Source of the DNA: Candidatus Aminicenantes bacterium
Lineage (GTDB): Bacteria > Acidobacteriota > Aminicenantia > UBA2199
Assembly (NCBI GenBank): GCA_963827565.1
Contig: CAWHBG010000001.1
Coordinates: forward strand, 448,682-512,681
Reading direction: 5' to 3'
DNA: 64,000 nt
Each line of letters begins with the position of its first letter. Positions within the stretch are counted from its first letter, which is position 1. The notes beneath the pieces are model-generated. The model was not told the DNA's origin. It saw only the letters and a list, made by a program, of their open reading frames with translations, and made no database searches. The position numbers and the translations under genes were made by a program. Of the stretch, positions 53,388 through 61,845 are shown piece after piece.

Positions 53388-54953
53388 ATGAGAAATATAA
53401 TATTATCAATTTTTCTGATTGCTTTTTTTACTTCCATGTATCTCTGCCGGAGATAAGGTTTATTCAAAAAATTATGAAATTAAAGGGAAAGCTGGCAAAA
53501 CTTGAGGTTGAATCCGAACCCTCTGGGTACAGATGTAATTCTTGATACCGGTATCAAAAAGAACCTCAGTTATTTTACTCCCGGTGAAAATCTCTTTCCG
53601 AAAATGTTTGTAAATGAAAATGACTATTCTGTCACATGGATAAATTATAAAAAGGGTGATGTAAAACTGAGTTTTTATGATTCTTTCAGTGAATATGGAA
53701 GAGTTGTTGTTTCAGAAAGATTTGATTTTGTTTCAAGTGATACATCTGTCATATTTGATAGAGAGAAACCGAGGTTTATTGTGTTCCGGGCAATAAAAGG
53801 CAATGATAATGAAGATGTTTTTATACATGATCTAAAAAAGGGGAGAACGATCCGCATTGCTGAAACTGATGGAAATGAAAAAGAAATAATTATTGATGAT
53901 AACAAATTGAGTGGGAGAAGTTCATTTGTTCTGAAAACCTATACACTTGATCATGAATATACTTATGTTGTAAAAAAAGCTAACATCAAAATTATCCTCA
54001 AAGATGATCACCAGATCACCAGAGGGGCAATGCCGGAAAAACCAAATTTCTCTTCCGAAGAGCTCAATACAATCGTAGGCTTTGGAGACAGTATAACCTG
54101 GGGAAAGATGCGGATGTATAACCTGTTCGATTTATATCATCCCGAGCTGACTTATTGGGCAAAAACATCCGAGTATTTTAATGAAAATTACGGCCAGACC
54201 TATACCATTAACCTTGGAGTGAACAGGGATAGCTCATTGCAGGGTTTACAGAGAATGGATGAAGAACTCCGTTATCAGAAAGGGTATTTTCTCCTTGTAT
54301 TGTTTGGAACAAATGATGTTACCAGCGGATCGTCTTCTTCTACGAGTACATCTCAAAACATTCTGCAGATCCTGAAAAAGGGAAGAGATGATTATGGGAT
54401 GTTCCCTGTTGTATCTACTGTTCCTCCTCAGAAACTATACCTTTCGGGAATTCAATTTTACAAGGATGAGACAGAAAAACTGAACGAAAAAATAATTGCT
54501 TTGGCAAATGCCAATGATTTCCAATATATAGATACTTATAATGCTTTTTTTAACCAAACGGAAGGATGGGAAGCTATGCTTGAGGATATAAAAGGAAACC
54601 ATCCAAGCCCTTCCGGCCATCAGGTTATGGCAGATATGGTTATACCCATAATCCTGGAACACGCTCCTGGGATACCATCAGATGTAAGTTCTTTATCAGG
54701 AACAAGAGGAAGCTCTTTTAATATCAGTTGTACTGAGAACAAAGAGTTTGACTTCGATTATTACAATGTTAAATTTGGATTTTCTCCTTCTTTACTTAAC
54801 AGAGAAATGAAAAGTTCATCGAATGTTTTTTCAGTATATTTTTATCCGTTTAACCTGAGTCAGAGAAAGAAAGTATATTTTAAGATGCAGGCAATTGACA
54901 AGGATGGAAATGCAAGCAGTTTCACACAGACATATTCAGTATCATTAAATTAA
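53388..54953 (+). CDS. SGNH/GDSL-family hydrolase lipoprotein with N-terminal beta-rich domain (5' end frameshifted)
   Basis: The main ORF is 53502..54953. It has IVGFGDSITWG (GDS block), FGTNDV and GNHPSPSGH. Upstream, ATG 53388 encodes MRNIILSIFLIAFFTSMYLC (lipobox). That piece is joined to the main ORF only through 2-3 frame changes (53440-53530). Confidence 0.7.
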
Positions 54954-54963
54954 GAATATTTGA

Positions 54964-56436
54964 ATGATCCTTCCTGTCGGACATGAGGGCTCTGGAGTAA
55001 GGCGGCTCCCATGGGTTACTTTCGCAATTATCTTTATTAATATAATTGTTTTTCTTTTCACCAACAGCGCAGATAAGGCTATCCAGAAAAATCTTAAAGA
55101 TGCATCCATAAAAGTGATAACTTATTATGTAAATCATCCTTACCTGAAATTTAATTTTTTCGGTCCTGAAAATATCGGTCTTGAAGATAAAGATGAGGAG
55201 ATCGAAAAATGGGCAAATCTAAATTCCAATGTTGAAGTCCCGGATATGGATACACTTGATGAAGAACAGGTTTATCTTGATCTTCTCATATCAAAACTGA
55301 AAAATCTGAAGAGCAGTCATCCGTTCTGGAAGTATGGATTGATATCAACGGACCGGACACTCCCTTCTCTGCTGTTCCATTTTTTCCTCCATTCCGGCTG
55401 GCTTCATCTTCTTAGTAACCTTTTTTTTCTATATATTATGGGTCCCTTTCTTGAAGATGTGTGGGGGAGGCCTTTATATGCGGCATTCTACATCTTGTCG
55501 GGGGTCATTTCAGGTTTCATGTATACTATTCATTATCCTGAGTTTACCGGTCCGCTTGTAGGTGCATCCGGAGCCATATCAGGAGTAATATCGGCTTTTC
55601 TTGTCAGATACTGGAAGGTCAGGATTAAATTTGTCTATTGGGTATATTTTTTTATAGGAACATTTACAGCTCCTGCATGGATGATGCTTATATTTGAGAT
55701 TACCCGTGAATTGTTTTATGCGTATATGAATGATTCAATGGCCAGTTCAGGATCAGGTGTTGCATATTGGGCCCATTTCTGGGGATTGGCATTTGGAATT
55801 TCGGCTGCCCTTATTATTAAAAAACTTAATATTGAAGAGAAGTTTATAGCTCCGGTCATTGACGATGAATTAAAATTTGTAGATAGGGATTTTGAGATTT
55901 TTGAGCATGCGAGGGATCTTAAGGAGAACGGTCAGATTGAGGCTGCTTTTGATGAACTTAAAAGTATTTCCGGGGCTTCAGGGAAACTTCCTGAAATAGG
56001 TGAGGAGATGTGGACTATCGGGATGATGATAGGAAGAGAGGCGGAAGCCGCTCCTGTTTTGTTGAGGTCGATAGAGAGCGAGATAATGAGAGATCGTACA
56101 GAAAGAGCCCTTGTTAATTATTTGCAATTGAAAACCCATTTCCCCGATACTGAACTAAAAGATCTTTCAATGAAACTGAGATTGTTGAAAAGGATGATTG
56201 TTGAAGAAGATGGGCATAGAGCGGAAGATTTTCTCATGGAGATCCTGAACGAAATAAACTCAGATTCCCCTTCCGGATTAATGATCGATGCTTGTAATGT
56301 ATTCTGGGAGTTTGATAAAATGTTCAAAACAAAAGTATCTGTCCCGGTCCTGAGGAGAGCATTAAATCATCCTGACATTCCAGAAGATAGAAAGGCAAAG
56401 ATACGAAAAGCCCTGACATCTTTTTCTGCAGTATAG
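54964..56436 (+). CDS. rhomboid-family intramembrane serine protease with C-terminal helical-repeat domain
   Basis: 490 aa. It has HSGWLHLLSNLFFL (H..H..N), GASGAISGV (catalytic Ser) and a downstream His region (AYWAHFWG). A ~200-aa soluble helical tail follows. Confidence 0.8.
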   Translation: MILPVGHEGSGVRRLPWVTFAIIFINIIVFLFTNSADKAIQKNLKDASIKVITYYVNHPYLKFNFFGPENIGLEDKDEEIEKWANLNSNVEVPDMDTLDEEQVYLDLLISKLKNLKSSHPFWKYGLISTDRTLPSLLFHFFLHSGWLHLLSNLFFLYIMGPFLEDVWGRPLYAAFYILSGVISGFMYTIHYPEFTGPLVGASGAISGVISAFLVRYWKVRIKFVYWVYFFIGTFTAPAWMMLIFEITRELFYAYMNDSMASSGSGVAYWAHFWGLAFGISAALIIKKLNIEEKFIAPVIDDELKFVDRDFEIFEHARDLKENGQIEAAFDELKSISGASGKLPEIGEEMWTIGMMIGREAEAAPVLLRSIESEIMRDRTERALVNYLQLKTHFPDTELKDLSMKLRLLKRMIVEEDGHRAEDFLMEILNEINSDSPSGLMIDACNVFWEFDKMFKTKVSVPVLRRALNHPDIPEDRKAKIRKALTSFSAV

Positions 56437-56557
56437 AAAACCGTTTTTTTCTCCTGAATTAAATCTGACCTGTATCATAAATTAAATCCCTGCAGTAAAA
56501 AGTAGAAATATTTCTATTCTGTACTATATTTATTTGGGAGGAGAATTGAACAGATTC

Positions 56558-57277
56558 ATGGCTGGAAGAAAAAGGATAATACTTTTGACAATAATATTAT
56601 TAATTCTCACCGGATCACTATCCAGCGGCAAATTAACCAGCAGGTATGATACTTCTGAAATAAAAAAAGCGCAAGCGGCAATGATTACCTTGTTAAGTGA
56701 GTTTGGGATAAAGGATAAAAGAATACTGGCAGCGATGGGAAAAATAAAACGTCACATGTTCATCCCTGAAAAGTTCAGGAATATCTGTGATCCGTACGGG
56801 AACCATCCATGCCCCATAGGGTACGGACAAACGATCTCTCAACCCTATATTGTTGCATATATGACAGAGAAGCTTGGTATAAAAAAGGGCGAAAGGGTAC
56901 TTGAGATAGGGACAGGATCGGGATATCAGGCAGCTGTAATTTCAGAACTTGGTGCTGATATTACTTCACTTGAAATTATTAAGGAACTCGCTGAAAATGC
57001 AAAAAAGGTGCTTAATGAACAGGGATACGGAGAAATTGAAGTTGTGAACAGCAGCGGATATATGGGTTATCAAAAAAACGCCCCTTACGACGCAATAATT
57101 GTTACCTGCGCTCCCCCGGAAATTCCCTCAAATCTGATAAAAGAACTTAAAGATGGGGGAAGACTGATACTTCCTGTCGGGAGATTTTACCAGAATCTTC
57201 TATATATTGTTAAAGTAAAAGGAAAGATCAAGGTCAGCAAAGAGATGAATGTCAGGTTCGTCCCTATGGTAAAATGA
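56558..57277 (+). CDS. pcm: protein-L-isoaspartate O-methyltransferase
   Basis: GYGQTISQPYIVAYMTE, VLEIGTGSGYQAAV and GGRLILPVG are present. The start is chosen at ATG 56558 after GGGAGGAG. It has an N-terminal signal/anchor. Confidence 0.9.
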   Translation: MAGRKRIILLTIILLILTGSLSSGKLTSRYDTSEIKKAQAAMITLLSEFGIKDKRILAAMGKIKRHMFIPEKFRNICDPYGNHPCPIGYGQTISQPYIVAYMTEKLGIKKGERVLEIGTGSGYQAAVISELGADITSLEIIKELAENAKKVLNEQGYGEIEVVNSSGYMGYQKNAPYDAIIVTCAPPEIPSNLIKELKDGGRLILPVGRFYQNLLYIVKVKGKIKVSKEMNVRFVPMVK

Positions 57278-57305
57278 TCAATTATGATCCTTCACATACT
57301 TTCTG

Positions 57306-57620
57306 TCAGCTCAGTTTAACTGCTGTTCCGTAGGCGAGAAGTTCTGCTGCTCCTCCCATTATCACCGATGTTGTGAACCGCACGTTAATGACTGCATCTG
57401 CATTCAGTTTTTCCGCCTCTGTCACCATTCTGTCAATTGCCTGTTCTCTGGCCTCGGCGATGAGTTTTGTGTACTCGATAATTTCACCACCCACAAGTCC
57501 TCTCAAACCCGCAACAATGTCTTTGCCGATATGACGTGCCCTTATTGTATTTCCTCTGACCAGTCCGAGTGAAGATTTAATGTTTTTCCCCGGGATTGTA
57601 TCCGTGTTTACGATTATCAT
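57306..57620 (-). CDS. YbjQ/UPF0145-family protein
   Basis: 104 aa. The typical family pattern is present: GLVRGNTIRARHIGKDIVAGLRGLVGGEIIEYTKLIAEAREQAIDRM...NADAVINVRF. Its ATG overlaps the anti-sigma stop (ATGA). Confidence 0.85.
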   Translation of the reverse strand: MIIVNTDTIPGKNIKSSLGLVRGNTIRARHIGKDIVAGLRGLVGGEIIEYTKLIAEAREQAIDRMVTEAEKLNADAVINVRFTTSVIMGGAAELLAYGTAVKLS

Positions 57621-58060
57621 TTGTCCACCTCCTTATATAGATCGTTCCTGTAAGATCTAATTCTGTCTCTTAATACTGTAATAAAGAGAATTGCAATTCC
57701 AACAAGAATTATAACAAAAGCATATTTTGGAATCGATTCAGCCTCTTTGGTCACAATAAATTCATATGCACCGTATATCATCATGATAAGCCATCCGGCA
57801 ATAACCAGGAGTATTCCGAAATTCTTTGTAAGTTTTGAATATGGAGACCGCCAGGTTTTTTCGACAACTTCTTCATCGGGGGCTTTCATATCCATTCCCT
57901 CAAGTTTTGAAGAGGTCCGCTTCAATTGCTCATATTCATTCCTGCAGGATGAGCACCTGATCATATGATTATTCAGTCTGACAGATTCTTCTTCTGTTAG
58001 TTCCTTATCCATCTGACCCATCATCAGTGTTTTGTATTCTTCGCATTGGTTATTTCCCAT
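57617..58060 (-). CDS. zf-HC2 anti-sigma factor, single-pass membrane
   Basis: The start is at MGNNQCEEYK (58060), behind AAGGAGG. It has the zinc-finger pattern C..(x)..H...C..C (CEEY...NNHMIRCSSC) and one TM region. It overlaps the sigma gene by 11 nt. Confidence 0.65.
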   Translation of the reverse strand: MGNNQCEEYKTLMMGQMDKELTEEESVRLNNHMIRCSSCRNEYEQLKRTSSKLEGMDMKAPDEEVVEKTWRSPYSKLTKNFGILLVIAGWLIMMIYGAYEFIVTKEAESIPKYAFVIILVGIAILFITVLRDRIRSYRNDLYKEVDK

Positions 58061-58637
58061 TTTTTCCTCCTTTTTTATTTCCGGAAGTACCATTTAATCC
58101 TGCTTCCAGATATTTTTCTTTAAATGATCTCCTGGCATAATAGAGCCGGCTCATCACGGTACCTCTTGGGATTCCCAGGGTGATTGAGATATCATTATAA
58201 TTTTTACGCATTGCATATTTCATCATCAGTATTTCCCTGTGTTCCGTTTTTAAATTGCGGACAATCTCCCATATCGATTCAGTTTCTTCTCTTTTTTCAA
58301 GAAATAATTCAGGTCCGGAATCGGCAGTTGTCAATTCAGAATTATAAATCTCCTCCTGCCTTTTTTCGATCTGATCCCGTTTCCTGATGAGGTTGAGACA
58401 ATTATTCCTGAGTATCACATAGAACCATGGGTAAAATCTGTCCAGTTTGCATAATGATGTAATGGAAATGAATGCTTTGTAAAAAGACTCCTGGCAGGCG
58501 TCAGCTGCATCTTCATAATTTCCGGTAAATGAAACTGCATGATATAGCGCTTCCAGCCTGAATTTTTTTACCAGAAATTCAAATCCGGCCGGATCTCTGT
58601 GGGCAATGCACAATTTTATAGCTTTTCTCTCATCCAT
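58050..58637 (-). CDS. ECF-type RNA polymerase sigma factor
   Basis: 195 aa. Region 2 reads FYPWFYVILRNNCLNLIRKR. Region 4 has the HTH YNDISITLGIPRGTVMSRLYYARRSFK. Confidence 0.85.
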   Translation of the reverse strand: MDERKAIKLCIAHRDPAGFEFLVKKFRLEALYHAVSFTGNYEDAADACQESFYKAFISITSLCKLDRFYPWFYVILRNNCLNLIRKRDQIEKRQEEIYNSELTTADSGPELFLEKREETESIWEIVRNLKTEHREILMMKYAMRKNYNDISITLGIPRGTVMSRLYYARRSFKEKYLEAGLNGTSGNKKGGKNGK

Positions 58638-58747
58638 TTTCTTCTCTGTATATTAAACAAATTAAAGAGAAAAATATTCATTTAATCAGCGTAAAATAAA
58701 TTTTTATCTGAATATCGTATAATTTTAATAATTTGAAGGAGCGGGAT

Positions 58748-60133
58748 ATGAAAACCAGAATTGAAAAGGATTCATTGGGAGCTGTAAAGGTACCTGAGGA
58801 AATGTTATGGGGTGCCCAAACACAGCGGGCGGTGGAAAATTTTAAAATAAGCGGAATAAAATTCCAGAGAGAATTTATCAGAACGCTGGCTGTTGTTAAA
58901 AAGTCAGCAGCAGAGGCCAACAGACAGACAGGTCTACTGGATCCGGATCTCGCTGAAGAGATAAAAGGTGCAGCAGATGAAATTTTTCGGGGAGAAAAGG
59001 ATGATCAATTCCCTCTCGATATTTATCAAACGGGTTCCGGTACCTCTCTGAATATGAATATAAATGAGGTTATATCAAATATGGCAAACATGAAATTCGG
59101 TAAAGGACCGGGAACAAAATCACCGGTTCATCCGAATGATCATGTTAATCTGGGTCAATCGAGCAATGACGTTATTCCAACAGCAATTCATGTTGCGGTT
59201 TCAGAAACCGTCTCTAAAAAACTGCTCCCTGCACTTGGATTATTGTATGAGTCGTTCTTAAAAAAAGCGGATGAGTTTAATGAAATAGTAAAACTCGGCC
59301 GTACACATCTTCAGGATGCCACACCTGTAAGGCTCGGGCAGGAATTCAGTGGTTTCGCGGAAATGATAAATAAAAGTATTTCAAGAATTAAAACTGCGTT
59401 TATCGGCCTGTTGGAGCTACCTCTGGGAGGGACTGCTGTTGGAACCGGCCTGAACACTCACAGAGATTTCGCAGGAATTGCTATAAAGGAGATCTCTGAA
59501 ATAACAGGGCTCGATTTCTATGAGGCAAAAAATCATTTTGAAGCTCAATCAACAAAAGATGCCCTGGTTTTTATGAGTTCCGCATTAAAAACATTTGCTG
59601 TTTCACTATCAAAGATCGCAAATGATATCAGATGGGCCGGGTCCGGGCCGTTCGGGGGAATCGGTGAATTAATATTACCCGAAGTTCAGCCGGGATCTTC
59701 AATCATGCCCGGCAAGATTAATCCCGTTATTCCGGAAGCTGTACTTCAGGTTTGTGCAAAAGTGATCGGGAATGATACAACAATTTCAATATGCGGACAG
59801 TCAGGAAATTTCCAACTGAATACAATGATGCCGCTGATCGGACATACATCCTTGCAATCGGTCAAAATCCTGACCAATGCTATCCATGTATTCCGTGAAA
59901 AATGTATTGACGGGTTAAAGGCGGACAAAAAAAGGTGTGAGGAACTGGTGGAAAAAAGCCTTTCAATGGTTACTTCTCTGACCCCTGAATTAGGTTATGA
60001 TATGGCTGCGGATATTGCCAAAGAGGCATATGGTTCGGGACGTTCTATCAGAGAAATATTAAATGAGAGAGGACTTTTAGATCAAAAAAAGATCGATGAG
60101 CTTCTTGATCCCATGAAAATGACCGGGAAATAG
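58748..60133 (+). CDS. class II fumarate hydratase / aspartate ammonia-lyase family enzyme
   Basis: The start is at ATG 58748 after AAGGAG. The signature GSSIMPGKINP is present. WGAQTQRA is fumarase-like, but PVIPEA after the signature is aspartase-like. I cannot decide between FumC and AspA. Confidence 0.85.
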   Translation: MKTRIEKDSLGAVKVPEEMLWGAQTQRAVENFKISGIKFQREFIRTLAVVKKSAAEANRQTGLLDPDLAEEIKGAADEIFRGEKDDQFPLDIYQTGSGTSLNMNINEVISNMANMKFGKGPGTKSPVHPNDHVNLGQSSNDVIPTAIHVAVSETVSKKLLPALGLLYESFLKKADEFNEIVKLGRTHLQDATPVRLGQEFSGFAEMINKSISRIKTAFIGLLELPLGGTAVGTGLNTHRDFAGIAIKEISEITGLDFYEAKNHFEAQSTKDALVFMSSALKTFAVSLSKIANDIRWAGSGPFGGIGELILPEVQPGSSIMPGKINPVIPEAVLQVCAKVIGNDTTISICGQSGNFQLNTMMPLIGHTSLQSVKILTNAIHVFREKCIDGLKADKKRCEELVEKSLSMVTSLTPELGYDMAADIAKEAYGSGRSIREILNERGLLDQKKIDELLDPMKMTGK

Positions 60134-60141
60134 AAATAAAT

Positions 60142-60690
60142 TTAATATTCCTCTTTCACCGATAAGGTTATCATAGCAATACCTGACAGTATGGCTGTGA
60201 TAAATCCGATAGAAACCATCTTGATAATAGTTGTTGGTTGTGTGATTACAAGGAGAAATATGATTACGGGCAGTATGCCGGTGATAATCCCTGACATTTT
60301 AACAGATCTTCCTGCCAATGACCTGAAAATATAAATCGCACATCCCACCGGTATCATATATATAAGTATTTTAATTGCACCCATCGATAGTGTACTTCTG
60401 CCTGCCATTCTTGCGGACAGGTTGAAAAAGCGTGCAATATCAAATGCATTCAACTTGACAACGAACCATGCCAGCCATGGGAGGAACAATGATATAAGAA
60501 GTGTAATCGCAGGGATCAGTTTCAGGTGCTCAACATTCAGGGCAGGATCCGGCCTCCCTGGTTTCCGTGGTTCAGGTCCCGGCAGGTTCCCGCTGTCTTT
60601 GGGAAAATATCTTCCACAATGCAGGCACTTGGAATTATCGATAAAGTTTTCACGATTACAGAATTTGCACAATTTTGTCTGCAGTTCCAT
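60142..60690 (-). CDS. zinc-ribbon membrane protein, hypothetical
   Basis: 182 aa. An N-terminal CKFC...CLHC ribbon and a Pro-rich linker are followed by four TM helices. Confidence 0.45.
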   Translation of the reverse strand: MELQTKLCKFCNRENFIDNSKCLHCGRYFPKDSGNLPGPEPRKPGRPDPALNVEHLKLIPAITLLISLFLPWLAWFVVKLNAFDIARFFNLSARMAGRSTLSMGAIKILIYMIPVGCAIYIFRSLAGRSVKMSGIITGILPVIIFLLVITQPTTIIKMVSIGFITAILSGIAMITLSVKEEY

Positions 60691-60807
60691 TTATTCATTA
60701 TATAAAGAAGAACTTTTTTTTAAAACATAGTCTTCTGGAAAAGGGTTGTCCGGAACTTGTATTCTGTTATTTTATTTTCTAAAATTTTGATTACATAAGA
60801 GGTGTTT

Positions 60808-61827
60808 ATGAAAAATGTTCTAAATTTGATGATAATTTTACTTATTCTTGCAATCTCTATTTATAGTGAAACCATACGGTTGCAAGAGATAACTAATCCT
60901 GAATTTGATATCCATATTCACGGGGACAGGTTGTATATCCCCGAAGCATCCAATACATATATATACAATATGAAGAATTTTTCGATGACAGGCATGTTTG
61001 GAAAGAAAGGGGAGGGGCCCGGAGAGTTCAGGGGGGAAGTATATATTAACTATCAGAAAGAGAGGCTTCTCGTTGAGAGTGCCGGGAAGATTTCTTATTT
61101 CAGCCTTGATGGTGAATTTTTTGAAGAAAAAATTTTCCCTCAGAAAACCTTTGTTAAAAGGATCAGCCCTGTCGGTGAACGTTATGCGGGGTACGGCGGT
61201 ACAAAGGTTGAGAATGGGATAAATTATATTGTTTTATCCTTTTATAATGAAAAAATGGAGAAAAAATCTGATTTTACCCGGACAAAGAGCAACTTTCAGA
61301 AAGACGGGACTATAAAATTCATGAGCGGCACTTTTAATTTCAAAGTATATAAAGAGAGAATTTATGTCCAGTATCTGGGAGACGAGATGATGCTTGGTGT
61401 TTTTGATCAGGCCGGGCAATTTTTATTTAAAATCGGAGACCCGGATTTTAAGAATCGGAACGTATCAGGCAAAGATAAAAAGGAAGCAATGGATTATTTC
61501 AGAAAATTTATGCCGAATCTTTATACCAGGAGGCAGCGAATCAGATTCTCTGATAAATGGGGGGGGGTCGGCACGTTTTTCTTTGATGAATCTGAAGATT
61601 CACTCTACATTATTACCTATGTAAAGGATATAACAGGAAAGTACCTTTTTTATAAATATACAACAGATGGGAAATTTATAAATAAATTCTATATGGATGT
61701 TGGATATCGGGATATCTGGGCGCCCTATCCGCTCGATATTGAGAACGGGAAACTTTATCAACTGGTTGAGAATGATGATGATGAAGATTGGGACCTGGTA
61801 ATAACTGATATTAACAAAAAAAATTGA
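60808..61827 (+). CDS. secreted 6-bladed beta-propeller-type protein (paralog B)
   Basis: ATG 60808 follows AAGAGG. It has a signal peptide and a GKKGEGPGEF motif, and is colinear with 36541..37551. Confidence 0.5.
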   Translation: MKNVLNLMIILLILAISIYSETIRLQEITNPEFDIHIHGDRLYIPEASNTYIYNMKNFSMTGMFGKKGEGPGEFRGEVYINYQKERLLVESAGKISYFSLDGEFFEEKIFPQKTFVKRISPVGERYAGYGGTKVENGINYIVLSFYNEKMEKKSDFTRTKSNFQKDGTIKFMSGTFNFKVYKERIYVQYLGDEMMLGVFDQAGQFLFKIGDPDFKNRNVSGKDKKEAMDYFRKFMPNLYTRRQRIRFSDKWGGVGTFFFDESEDSLYIITYVKDITGKYLFYKYTTDGKFINKFYMDVGYRDIWAPYPLDIENGKLYQLVENDDDEDWDLVITDINKKN

Positions 61828-61845
61828 TCTGACTTTTCTAACTAA

